A stretch of DNA of 64,000 bases from Camelus dromedarius (taxonomy: Eukaryota). The stretch lies in contig NC_087437.1 of assembly GCF_036321535.1 (NCBI RefSeq), positions 46,440,001-46,504,000 of the forward strand, given 5' to 3'. Both the position numbers and the translations under genes were made by a program. Below the pieces are notes generated by a model. The model ran no database searches, was not told where the DNA came from, and saw only the letters and a program-made list of their open reading frames with translations. Positions 50,751-62,905 of this stretch are shown one piece after another. The stretch's first letter is position 1. Each line of letters opens with the position of its first letter.

Positions 50751-51139
50751 AGGTACCCACTTTCTTTCACCAAAGTGACCTGTGCGTCTACTCTACACCT
50801 GGCCCGTGTCTAGAACCACACAAGAGTGATGGACCGCGGGAGTGTTCCTAGAGTAGAGTTATTTCAGTCCTTATTGCGTCAGCAAATACTCCTTTATTCA
50901 CACACTGTTCCATGAAGAAAAATAATTGCTTTTCTGTACTTTTGCACTTTGGTTCTTTTCCAAAGAGGCCACAAATTCCAAAAACTCGAGAGACATGAAT
51001 CACTGCTTAGCAATGCCGCTTCTCATAGTACTGATGTTCCTTTCACCAGTTAGAGGGTCTATTTCTTAGAAGAAGTTTAGAAAGTCAATAAGCAGGATGT
51101 GGAAAGTTTTAATCTTCAGATGAAGTCTGCAGTTTACTC

Positions 51140-51333
51140 AAACCTGTGTATACTTGCTCCTGAGGGCCAAACATACACATCTCTTCCCAACTCAAGGTTC
51201 AGCGATATCAGATTGGTAGCTTGAAATTATCCATGGTGGGAGTATTTTCAGCAAGGAAATCGGCAGACCCTACAAATCATAGCTGTTTTTGTCCCAGAGA
51301 GCCAGTTGTTAACATTTAGCAGCACATTGACTG
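51140..51333. mobile_element. MER63-like hAT-Blackjack fossil
   Basis: 'gattggtagcttgaaatt...ggaaatcggca...gagagccagttgttaacatttagcagcac'. Confidence 0.65.
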
Positions 51334-52154
51334 TAGCTTGCTGTTCTTCACCTGGGGCTTAAGTTGATGGATTTACCAAACTACTCTGCATATGATATGC
51401 GTAACAGCCTCTTAATTTGGGTTTAGATATAATCATATAGATTGTATTAGTTTATTTCCCCCTCCTCCCACATATGTGGGTTAAAACTACCTTAATTTGT
51501 CATGTAAAGTTACACAAAATAGCAAACAATTCGGGTTTTATGGTGAAAACCTTGAAACAGTAATGCCACTGCAATCTTGATTTTGCAACCACCAAACCAA
51601 TGATCATTCAAAACCACTTTCATACATTGCCACCTACAGAAAATCTACAGGGCTGAAATGAGCTTTTCTTGATGATTGACAAATATGTATCTTTCTTCTT
51701 CTTGGGAAAAAAAATCAAATAAAAACAGAAAAATACAGATATGTTCATCTCAAAGATTTTGTAAATCATCAGTTTGAATATCCAGTTCTTTTTCTTCAGT
51801 ACATATCCTCAACCAAATGCCCTCTCCAGAAGGACTTCCTTGTTTCTGTCAACGGTCTTACTGTTTTCCCAGTAACCAGTCTGGAAGCTTCAGTGTCATC
51901 CAAGTCCTCACTACAGTGCTAGGCCCACAGAAGAGATTCAGTAAATAGATGTTGACTAGATCAATTAAAAAAAAAAATTCCTTCTTCTTCATAGTCCCAT
52001 GCAACAAATCAGCAAGTCTGCAGGTTTTTCTGTCAGTGTTCACTTCTCCTTCACTGCCAATACCAGCTAACCTAAGCCCTCACTGCCCTGACTTTTCTAG
52101 CTACTTGCATCCTGCCTGTCTCTCTCCACTTTCAATCGTTTATGCATCAGGCTT

Positions 52155-52930
52155 TAACTGAGTGTATATTGTGTGGCAAGTACTGGGCTTGGGATGGTAA
52201 TGAACCAGACATTCTACCTTCAAGGTAGGAGAGACACAGATAGATGAAGAACACTGTCTCTGCAATATGATAAGGGCTATACTCAGGGCAAACAGAACAC
52301 TATAACAGCAGAGAGGAGAGGGACTGGGATTATTTTAAGTGGTCGACAGTCTTGAGTTGACAGTATGCCTTAAATTTTGCTGTGGGAACAAAGTGGGAAA
52401 AATAGCCTTGGAGGAGGGGAAATATGGCATATTTGGTCTTGAGTAAATGCTGATTCAGAAGGGAGATTCAGATTCCATGAGTTAAATTCTGCTTTGCCAC
52501 TCTCTGAGTGACCTTAGGCAAGTTACCTAAACTCATTGAGCCTTAGTTGCCTCATGTGCAAAAGGGGACCATCTACCTTATAAAATTGTGAGGATTCATG
52601 GTGCTAATTAATGTAAATGAATGTAAATTTCTTAGGATAGAGCCTTCCACACTTTAATGCTCAATAAATGCTAGCTGTTCTTCCTACTATTCCAGGCAAA
52701 GCAGGTAGCCTTTGAAAACTTACGGGGATGAGAAACAAATACGATCTGTTTCAGGAAGGGCAAGCTTAGTAGCTGGGTACAACACTGGGTGCTGGTTGCA
52801 GAATGGTGAAGAATGAGGCAGAGTGGCAGCAGAAGCTAGGACCTGAGAGGCCTTGTGTGTCGTGCTCAGTTCTTTGGGCTTTGACTTGGAGGTGATAGGG
52901 ATCTACGGGAGAGTTTTAAGGAGAAAGTGA
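52155..52930 (-). mobile_element. L2 fragment interrupted by a MIR
   Basis: 'tactgggcttgggatggtaatgaaccagac...ttcaagg', 'gagaggccttgtgtgtcgtgctcag...ttttaagg'. Confidence 0.6.
52440..52680 (+). mobile_element. MIR SINE
   Basis: 'ctttgccactctctgagtgaccttaggcaagttacctaaactc...ttgtgaggatt...gctcaataaatgctagct'. Confidence 0.88.
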
Positions 52931-52975
52931 CTCTTGCTGCTATTGCTTTTATAGTCATTCTCCTGCCCAATACTC

Positions 52976-53716
52976 TGTTGAAGAGAAATAGAGCTGGATG
53001 TTTGTTAATGATGGCAAGACAGGTTTTTTTTTCAGGCGACTGCAGTAGGGAAGAGAGACTTGAGTATAAACTGAACTCAACTCCACTGAAACAAAAGGTG
53101 AGAGGCTTTTTAAATGCTGGAGAGTGCTAAAGAAAAAGTACTGTGGACACTGTAGGTGTGGGGTGGGGTGGGGGTGGGGGGTGGGGTGTGGGGGTTGGGG
53201 ATGATGTTGGGTCATGTGATTAGGCCATCTGTATTTTGCAAACTTCTCACAGTTAGGCTTCCACCCTCCCACAGAGACAGGGCAACAGGGGCCCTACCTT
53301 TCCTGATGATTTCATTTCAAAGGGATGGCTCCTTGAGAAAGACATCCGTGGGCCATAGAAGATGCATCTCACAGGGACAGAGAAAGGACTTGCAAGTTTT
53401 TTTAAAAAGAAAAATGTTCTAAGAAAAAGAAAGTGAGGGTCTATCATCAGATTTTGGATGAAACGCACAGTGAATTCTTGTCGCAGTGTTGAGCTTTCTC
53501 AGCCAGGCGTGCTAAGAGGACTGGGGTCATCCTAGGGACACGGCCTCGGGCTGCTAGAAGCCATGTTAGAGTTTATTTAAGTCTCATTGTATAGGGGGTG
53601 GACATCGCTGTTTGTGCTGAGGGCCTGCACTTCCCATAGGCCGAGGCTGAGGTCCAGTTGAGAAGGCAGCTCAGAGGAACCTGACTAAAATTTAGTCAAG
53701 TGAAGAATATCCTTCA
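52976..53716 (-). mobile_element. MER31/MER67-like ERV1 solo LTR
   Basis: TG...CA termini; 'gaactcaactccactgaaacaaaagg'; the right end 'ctcagaggaacctgactaaaatttagtcaag' is the reverse complement of the recalled MER31 5' start. Confidence 0.7.
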
Positions 53717-54094
53717 GTAGCTCTCTTTCCTACAGGACATCTAATAGCCCCTTGCTTAATATTCTAGATCCTTCAAAATCTGGTCCCATCTGCCTGGGAA
53801 ACCTAATCAGTCAGTCTCCCACACAGTTTGTATGGTCACTCAAGTGAGTTTGGAACAGCCCCTCCCACGTCCTGCTCTCATTCCCACCTCTGGGCTTTTA
53901 CTTCTCTTGTTCCCTTTCTCCCCTGTCCCTTGCATCCTTTTTACCCTTCAAAGCCTCACTCAGTGAAGTCCCTGAATCGACAGAGGCTTATTTGATAGCT
54001 GTAGGCCCTTTTTTAATAAACTACAAAACCTAGTCTTCTTGCCACACAAATTAGCACTTAATTATCTTACACATTGTCTTTGAAACATATAGGA

Positions 54095-54325
54095 TTTTGG
54101 AAAGCATAACAGGCTTGGAGTTTAGAGGGGTTTGAGTCTCATTTTTTTCTATGGAGCAGCTGTTTGAAAATAAACAAGTCTCATTTCTGAGCTTCAATTT
54201 CTTCATCTGCAAAATGATGATAAGATTGATCCCCAATATTGTTATGATTAGATGACATGGTGTTTGCAAAAGTCCCTAACACAGTGCATGGCCCAAAGTT
54301 TATGTACAATAGATACTTATTGAAT
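54095..54325 (+). mobile_element. MIR SINE
   Basis: 'tctgagcttcaatttcttcatctgcaaaatgatgataa...cctaacacagtgcatggc'. Confidence 0.75.
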
Positions 54326-55674
54326 CTTTTGTCATTTTGTATATATTAATTGTTTCCCTAATTTAATTTTAGACTCTTTCAGAGCTAAAAAACATGGCTT
54401 ATATTCTTCTTTTCCACAATCTCAGAGTGTTGTGTACGTAGTAGGCACTCAGTAAACACTGGCTGAAAGAACTGATTAATTGCACACTTTAAAGGAAGGG
54501 GCTGATTGTGCTGTACATTCTGTGAAGAGTTTAACAGATGCTCAGTAAGGAAATGAGTCCTCCAGACACCTACCAAATAGAAGCTGAAATTGCACGGTTC
54601 TAGGAAGTAGTAGTTTAGATTAATGGTCTTTTGATCTTCCAAGGCTCCCCAACAGCCTTTAAAACACTAAGGCATTCTAAGCACAGGTCAGAAAGAAAAC
54701 TAGGAAACAGATATAACTATGGGTAACCCTGAAAAAAATCTGGCTGAATGTCAGGCCCGGCATAAAAATGCAGTCAGAACTGGAATTTCTTATCCCCTCA
54801 CTCCCTTCTTGCTGGGGAGGTTATCTCCGAGTAATTAGCTCCTAAACATCCTCATGTAATAAATGAATAGAATGGCAGATGCTGAGAGTGATGTATTATT
54901 CATCATAAATAGCAAGTGAATGAAATAATTTAACAACCACTAATCTCTAAAAGGGACCCACTCATTTTTAATCATCTCATATGACATGTGATCACTCATT
55001 CACATACATCCCCCTGAGCTCTTCCTACTGCAAGGAAGCCTTAACGGGCAGCAGAGCGCTGTTTATGTACTTCTGTGACATGAGTGTATCATTAGGTGGA
55101 TATTACAGCCTGTGGGGATTAGGACCATGTTTTTGTGCAGTGTGACAACTTGACACAATCCATACACATGTCACCTTTTGCATCCCATTAGTATCAAGGG
55201 ATCCCACAAATGCTAATATGGCATGGTGATAATTATACGGCTCACCGTTCTGAGGCTAGGATTAGAAATGGCAATCGTGTTGATGGATGTAGATTGTGGT
55301 GGGTTTGTCACATGACAGAGAATGCTAAGGGAATGGTAACCTGATGATAACCTTTGTCATGAGAAGGAGTCTAACTGAAGCATTTCCTATTCTAATTGTA
55401 ATTGTGCTGGTGAGTATTGTACTGTTTATTTTTGAGTCACAGAAGAATGTAGAATCAGTATTTTAATGTCTGGCATATTTAGAAAATTTCCTTTATCTAA
55501 ACTCACCATTTACATATCTAGACATTTAAGGAAGATAAAATCAAATTTTGCTGTGATTGTAGATCCACATATTCTATGACAAAAGAGCAGAGGAGAGAAT
55601 AAAATTGATTAGGAGGCCAGGTAAACGGGCTGGTTAATCTTCTTGGGCTCTGGTACAAAAATTAGTGATGATGG

Positions 55675-55800
55675 TTACTAATAGTGCCTACTACTTTTGA
55701 CTGCCTGCCATATGCCAGGCTATGTTCACACATTATCTTATTTAATTCTCACCACAATTCCGTGGGGTAGGCATTATTATCCCTATTTATATATAAAGAA
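55675..55800 (-). mobile_element. MIR SINE 3' part
   Basis: 'tatgccaggc...cattatcttatttaattctcaccacaattccgtggggtaggcattattatccct'. Confidence 0.8.
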
Positions 55801-56124
55801 ATGCATTCACTCAACCTTTGGTTATATCAATGTCAACAAAACCGTTTAGGGAAAAATTTGAGTTCAATTATACAGCTTATCTTGAAAATAATAAGTTTAA
55901 AATCATCCTCATTTCTTTTTTTTTTAAAGATCAATCTTTGTATTTAGATACAGCTCCAGTGGAATTACTATTCTAAAGAGATTATTATTTATTAATCTAT
56001 TATTATTTCTACTGTTACATTGCTGTTAATTTTAGTGGAATTATTATTTCTAGTATAATCTCCAAGAGGAGGAATATTTCCCCTCTGTGCTGAGGTTCAG
56101 TAGATCAATGTATATGAATGTGTA

Positions 56125-56255
56125 TGTGAATCACCTGGGAGGAGAGGACCTCTTAATAGGCAGATTCTGATTCATCAGGTCTGTGGTGGGGGCAGGATAG
56201 GATTCTGTACTTCTCATCAACTCCAGAGTGAAACTGATACTGCTGGTCCAGGCGG
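56125..56255. mobile_element. MER5A hAT-Charlie fragment
   Basis: 'gaatcacctggga...gattctgattcatcaggtctg...gattctgtacttct...ctccagagtga...gctgctggtcc'-like motif series. Confidence 0.75.
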
Positions 56256-57054
56256 TCAGATGGGTGGGGATGTTAAGTGAGAGGGACTGAAATCAATCCC
56301 TCCTATGAAGCAGCCAGAATTCTGGTTTTGAAATTAAAGCCGTAGCTTTTTGAAAAGTTCCTTTTTTTTTTTTGAGGGTTGGAAATGCTTTTTTTCCCTC
56401 CATGAGTCCTGTGTATCAGCATGGAATCAATGTTTTTGTTTGTTTATTTTACTTGCTCTTTAGAAATATTCACATTTAATCCAGATTCTCTTTGGTCTGT
56501 CACATTGGGCCATTCCTGATGAGCTGCATTGGTTTTTCATTTAATTTTGAGTTTTAGCAAAAGGTGACCTACACTTTGCCAAACTTTTAAGAAGTGTAAG
56601 CAGATTGAATTAATTTTGAATAGAAAAGGATGGGTGGTGGAATGGGCAGAACAGGAAAGACCATTCTGGTGGCTTTTACCAAGCCATGTGATCAGCATTT
56701 TGATAGGGAAGCCGTAAGGATTATAAACCGTGTATTAGTTAGAGTGTTTGGAGGTAATACTTTAGTGAAAAACACGAAACTATATTTGGATATGTGGTTC
56801 CCAGGATTGGTTCCATTTCTGACTTGACAGTTCACCCTCAGTGTAACGAAGGCTTTACAAATGTGTCAGAGTGAGAACCGCGGGTCCTCGTGGGAGGCAT
56901 TTCTATCAGCACAGGCCACTGTTGAGAACCACAAGCCCCTGTATGCCTCCTTTACAGGAAAGATTTTCACATTTTATAAGAATTCTTGGTATTCTAAACA
57001 AACCCTTTTGTTCACGTGGCCAGTGGAGGAGGGCTGAGCTTATTAAACCTTGGG

Positions 57055-57062
57055 TGACGTCA
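57055..57062. promoter_or_regulatory. Full palindromic CRE motif (TGACGTCA), with an E-box CACGTG at 57013-57018
   Basis: Motifs read directly; function not demonstrated. Confidence 0.35.
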
Positions 57063-57109
57063 GACACCCACCAGAAGCCAGTCAGGACCATGGACGTGGC
57101 TGACTGTCA

Positions 57110-57312
57110 GCAGAACAGAGGACACTCTGGCATCAAGCCTGAGTTTGCACTGTGGCTCTGCCTCTCCTTGGCCAAGAAACCTTAGAGAATCACCGTCTCT
57201 GCTTCCTCCTCTTCAAAACAGGGACAACAGTCACAGCCTCATAAGGCTAGGGTGGCGGCAAATGCTGTCACCTGTGTAAAGGACCTCGCCCCGAGAAAGT
57301 GCTGTAAATGGT
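57110..57312 (+). mobile_element. MIR SINE (relatively CpG-rich copy)
   Basis: 'cactctggcatcaagcctgagtttg...ggctctgcc...tctctgcttcctcctcttcaaaacagggacaa...cctcataaggct'. Confidence 0.65.
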
Positions 57313-57550
57313 GTTTTCTTCCCTCCTTCGTGCGCACCGGGCGTGTGGGTGTTTCTGATATAACTGCAAGCCACACTTTTCGCCGGCAACCATGGCTGAT
57401 TTATGAGAGGACAATATTGATATTCCTCATTAACAATGTTTAAACTACATGTTCTCACCCTCTGGTTATATCAGTGTCAAGAAAAACCAGTTTAGGAAAG
57501 GAAAATTGGAATTCAGTCAGTCACACAGTCTGTTTTGAAAACAAAGCAGA

Positions 57551-57672
57551 TCCCTCCTCCTGTTTCCTTCTCCCCTCCTTCCCCTCCTCCTCTTCCTCTT
57601 TCTTTTCTCTCTTCTTCTTCTTCTTTTTCTTCTTCTCTCCTCATCCTCCTCCTTCTTTTTCTTCTATTTTTT
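57551..57672. repeat. Polypyrimidine (CCT/CTT)n low-complexity tract
   Basis: Read directly; about 120 bp that is almost entirely C/T. Confidence 0.9.
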
Positions 57673-59164
57673 CAAAGTCAATCTTTATATTTAGAGAAAA
57701 CTTTAGGGGAATTATTTAATTTATAACTGTAACTTATAAGAAAAGAATTCCCTTCTACCCCCAAACTGAATAAAGCTGAAAAACTCAGTTGACTTTTAAA
57801 ATGTATTTAGTTATGTATTTTTTCTTCATTCACAAATTATGCCCACACCTATGCAACTCCTCATGGCAGGCAAATCCCAGCCTCCTGGTACACAGTAGCA
57901 CTTTTCTCAAAGGCTTCTTTCAGATTTTAGAAGACTTAAATATGAAAAGGCAATATGCTGGAATAAATTATTTTTCCTCCTTAAAAAAATGTGAACAGGA
58001 TTTGTCCCAGAAGATCCAAGATCATTCTTTCCACTTACAGAACAACTATGAAATCTGTTTTTCCAAGATTAGTAACTCAATAAGGCAAAAGACCTTAATC
58101 TGATTTTGTTTTAGAATCTTTTGCCATGTGTTTGTCATAGTTTTTCCCTTTAGTAAACCTTAGTGATTCTGAAAGCAGTTTCTAATCTTACTTTTCTATT
58201 TGCTTAAAACCTTTCAATTTGAGAATTCAAAATACTTATTTAAAATGTGGACCATATATGGAAATGAGAGGATTAGTGTTTGGAAAGAGGTTAAGTATTT
58301 AAGATTTAGTTTCCTGAGGTTACTTTGAAAGGTAGAAGCAGAGTAAGAATCTGACCCCATCTGTATTTCTTTGAACTTGACAATCAAACCCCATTGCCTT
58401 TAACTGAGCACTATAGTGAGCTGGACCACCAAACAGGATAAAGGAATGAAACTTCATAGGTACAGACTAAGATAAGAATGATAAAATTACTCTGCCTGGG
58501 AGTTGAAAGACTGTATCAAATTCCTTATATACTTGGGAACCTTTACTCTCCCATGATATATATGTTATCTCAAAGTTCTAATGGTCTCGGACACTTTCAA
58601 TTTCTCACCTTCAAGGTTACAAGCCAAATTTTAGACCTTCATTTGCACAACCAAGAAAACTACTTTCCTCTACATGTGACTTGTCCTTTGCATACCACCT
58701 CTTAGTTTGAATGTACTGATTTGTGTAAGAATTCGCCATTATAGGTGAAAACTTTGCTGTGTTTTCACATTTCCTTTCTGATGAACTTCTACAGTTTCTC
58801 CTCCGTGGTTCCCCATGAGGACTTGCCTTTTCTGCCTCTTTTGTAGATTTCTTGATAGCTCTCGAGCTCCTGGCTGCCTCTTTGAGAATGTGGATCTGCC
58901 AGAGGCAGTTCTCAGTCGCATCTGCTTTTGTGATTAAAGTTCTCTTAGCAAGTGTTCCTTTTCCATTTCTGCTTTATCCCAAACCTGTTTACCTCTTCCA
59001 AAGTTTTCTGCATCCAGTCAGATCAGTGCAAGAGGGGAGATTGCTCTTCTCCGGAATTATTATGTAGCATTCCTGGGTCCTTTGTAGTGTTTCTCCAAAA
59101 GTTCCTTTTTTCCCCCTTGTTTGTTTGTTTGAAAATCAAGAACAGAGGGTGAGACTTCTTCAAT

Positions 59165-59350
59165 ACATTTAAAAATGCTTAAAATGACTAATTTTATGTT
59201 ATATACATTTTACCACAGTTTTTAAAGATTAATAATGGAACATACCAAAAAGCATCGAGTTGTACACTTCCAATGTGTGTGCTGTATGGTATGTGAATTA
59301 CATCTCAATGAAGCTGTTAAAAAACAAAACAAACAAAGAATAAATAAAAA
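59165..59350 (+). mobile_element. L1MB (L1MB4-like) 3' end with A-rich tail
   Basis: 'aattttatgttatatacattttaccacag...ttgtacact...tgtatggtatgtgaattacatctcaatgaagctgttaaaaaac'. Confidence 0.8.
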
Positions 59351-61502
59351 TGTAATTTTCTACTGTACATTATAAGAAGATCCCAAAGCCAACATTTTGA
59401 CTGCTAGCAAACAGATGTTGAAATAATCTTGGAGCTTTCCCCACATATAAGTTAAAGCACTAAAGATGGTTCTAACACTGGAAGTTCCCTGCATTGCTGT
59501 CACAGTTATGACTTTGCAGCATTTGAGTTTGACCCCTACTGAATACTTTACTTTCCCAGTCTTAATTTGGCAAATCTAGCTAATTAATAGCCTTATCTTC
59601 ATGGGAGTTAAGTCTGTCTTTCTCAGGCTTTATTAAGAGACCAGTTGCGAAGAAAAGAACAAAGAAAAAGTCTGCCTCAGGCACAGAGAAATATAAAGGA
59701 TGATGACATTACTTTGAAGATGTTAAGTGGTCTTTTTTTCAGTTCCAATTTTTCCAAGATAGTACATTAGCTTTTAATGGATAAGAAAATAGTAGGTAGC
59801 ATTGGAGACACTTCTATTTGGGCCAGTTTTTTTTTCTTTCTATAATAGCTGTAGGGCTTTTGAATAATTCAAATTGCATGTGCTTCTTTTCACAATATTT
59901 TCCCCTTTCCAAATCATCTGGCCATTACAAGAGAAATATTTGGATAACCAACTGCTCTTCATCTTCTTTTCTAAAGGGCAAATTTCCTATATAAGCAGAG
60001 CAGCTCTGGTATTCCTATGGGGAAGTATAAAAATGTTTATGCAAACTGTAAATCTTCCAACTTAAAATTCCTTAGGATATTATACAAAGCAAAAAGAAAC
60101 GGATGTAGAAAAATCTGTGCTGTTTTGGACAAAGATAAATAGAATTGTTCTTATTCTGGGCTTAGCCCCTAGGTTTTCAGGGTGAAAAGGTTGCTTAAGA
60201 ACTGCCCATTTGATTTCTAAGAATTCTAAAAACTCTAAGCATTTCTAAGAATTTTCCTAGACTAATTTATTATCACAAAAATTAGCCAAACAGTCTCACT
60301 TAGTGGTACTTGAGACTATGTCTTGTATTAGTTTCTGGAAAAATATAGATTGCATTGTTCCTTGAAAAAATATCTTTTTGTCAACATGAGCTTTGTGTTC
60401 CTGGTCTCACATTGGTCCTTCATTTTTTCTGAAGAACTCTGGATGAGCCTTTGCCATTTACTGCATGACTGTTTTGCTTACAACTTAGAGAACTAACTGG
60501 CTGGGTTGAATGCATCACAAATATGTCTTCTGTTGGTCAATCCTTTGATTAACTCTGGAGCCACATAGCTGTAAGATTTGCTGTTCAGCTTCCTAATTAA
60601 CAAGGAAAGACAAGTTTGGTTTTTAGAGATATTTTCATGTAGTATAGATGCACCCTCAGTTTGCATTAATATTAAATACTCTTCTACTATTTATGGTAAT
60701 TTTGTGAGTTAGGAAATTTCCTCCTCTCAAGGAATAAATGTAAGACTATTGATGCATTTTACTGTTGAATAAGTCAAATTTACTATCATCTTTATTAGTA
60801 CTATTAACCTTGTCCTCATCCTCAGCATCACCATATTAGTTACAAAATACATTAATTAACAATTCTTTTTTTCTTTTTCTCATTATGTCTAGAGAATCCT
60901 ATTAGAAGAGGCCTATATCTTAAAATATTTAATATACTATTGTTTCCTGTCTCAAAATTACTTCCCACTTCAGTCCTGGTGGCAAAGAAGCAAAGATAGG
61001 TAATTTAGTTCACATCATTCTTTCATTCACTTTTGCTTTTACTAACACGTGTTAAGAAACATTACCTAACTTGAATGTAAAGCAAAGGGAAGATGGCACG
61101 CCCTTTTGACATCATATCAAAGCGTTGTTTAATAGACTCACCTAAAGATTATTTGATTATTCAGGGGAATTTATATTTGTTCGATTATATCTAACTATTG
61201 ATTAAAACTCCATTTTCTGTGAAGTTGCATGTTTATTGGTAGATTTTTATCTGATAGAGAGGCAAATGATTTCTGCTTAGTAGAAAAGATAACCCCAAGG
61301 GTGATGGCTTTATTGCTCTGTAGGATATTAACCAGTTCTGTATCTAAACCCATTCATCCAAACATTTTTTTTCTTCTATACAGCCCTTGTTCTTCATTTC
61401 TCTTTTGAACCATCTTTACTGTCTGACTGGTTTTTTCATTAATGAGTTGAATAACTTTATATATATGAATAACTCTTTATAGATAAATAGATGTGTATAT
61501 AT

Positions 61503-61654
61503 ATTTTTTAATTGAAGTATAGTCAGTTTATAATGTGTCAGTTTATGGTGTACAGCATAATGCTTCAGTCATACATATACAAACATATATTCCTTTTCAT
61601 ATTCTTTTTCATTATAGGTTATTACAAGATATTGAATATAGTTCCCTGTGCTAC
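61503..61654 (-). mobile_element. Relatively young laurasiatherian-type L1 3' end, 5'-truncated
   Basis: 'tttttaattgaagtatagtcagtttataatgtgtcag...ggtgtacagcat...tattacaagatattgaatatagttccctgtgcta'. Confidence 0.85.
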
Positions 61655-61671
61655 GTGTGTGTGTGTATATT

Positions 61672-61706
<35 letters not shown>
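61655..61706. repeat. (GT)n-(TA)n microsatellite
   Basis: Read directly. Confidence 0.9.
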
Positions 61707-62214
61707 TTTTAATGTGATAGTTTTTGCTTGAAAGTAATCAGTCAAGGGAAGTGATCACTAATTATCTTAGACAAACAAAAACTTCATATAAATCTATTTT
61801 AGTACCAGCACTCCTTCAAGGACAGACCAAATCTCATTATTTAAAACACTGATTTTCTAACAATATGTTAAGGAATTGTCTTGGGTTCAATGTGACAGAT
61901 GGAAGATCCTTAAGGCATGCTACCCTTAGTAGTGCAATTAGCAGAAAGAGAATGAAGTAGTCACCTTTATCCAATGAGCTTTTCAAAAGAATTTTGATTA
62001 CCATGACTTGCATGAGAAAAAAAAAATTCCTTTAATTTCTTCAACAATATCTTGATCTATAAGTGGAACTCAGCTCATTTATTAAAATAAACAAATAAAC
62101 CAACACATAGCAGTACCTTTCTCCTTAAACTAGTTAACCACAGAGTGATTCCTCTGCAGCCTTTTCGTCATTATTGTTGCTGTTGCTTTTATTCTCCATG
62201 TGATTAGTTTTTAA

Positions 62215-62505
62215 AACATATTTTAAAATGTTTTCAATGAGTGCTATATAGTGAATGAATGTTAAAAAAGTCAAAACCACATAAAAATATACAGTGAAAA
62301 AATGTTTTGCTTTTGCCACTGTCCCCATCATACTATCATCCTATCTCCTCTAGAGGTAACCAGTAATTAGCCTTTAAAGTATCTGTCCAGACTTTATTGA
62401 TGAAAATAATAGCAAATATGAATATATCCTTATTTTTCTCTCATTCTACACATGAGATAGCAAGATATACACATTGCTTGGCACTTTGCCTTTTTTACTT
62501 AAAGT
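62215..62505 (-). mobile_element. L1ME4-like 3' UTR fragment
   Basis: 'ctcctctagaggtaacca', 'tatacacattgcttggcactttgccttttttacttaa', 'tatcaatacata'. Confidence 0.7.
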
Positions 62506-62629
62506 GGATGTATTGGCAGTCTTTTACTATCAATACATAAAGTACTTTCTTTTAAACACAGTATGGCTTCATCAAGGTAACAAATGATAACTTTAGTAAT
62601 TAAATCCCAAGTGATCGTGTAAGGTGCCA

Positions 62630-62905
62630 TTTGTTTCACTAAATGTTTAACATAACCGTCAATATTCTAGGTGGAAGTACAAAATATAATAAGACATAAA
62701 CCCACTCTTTAAAAAACTTGCATCCTACTAATAGAGATCAAAACATAACTAAAATACAGTGTGGTTAGTGGTTTAAAACATCTCTTAAATGCCATGAAAA
62801 GATACTTCAGGAAGTGATTAATTCTGCCTTGGAGGTGTTAGGAGAGGAGTCAAAGAAAGCCAAAAAACATGGTGACATTTAAGCAAGGTCTTGAAATAGG
62901 AATAA
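62630..62905 (-). mobile_element. L2 fragment
   Basis: 'tttgtttcactaaatgtt...gattaattctgccttggagg...ggtgacatttaagcaaggtcttgaa'. Confidence 0.6.
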
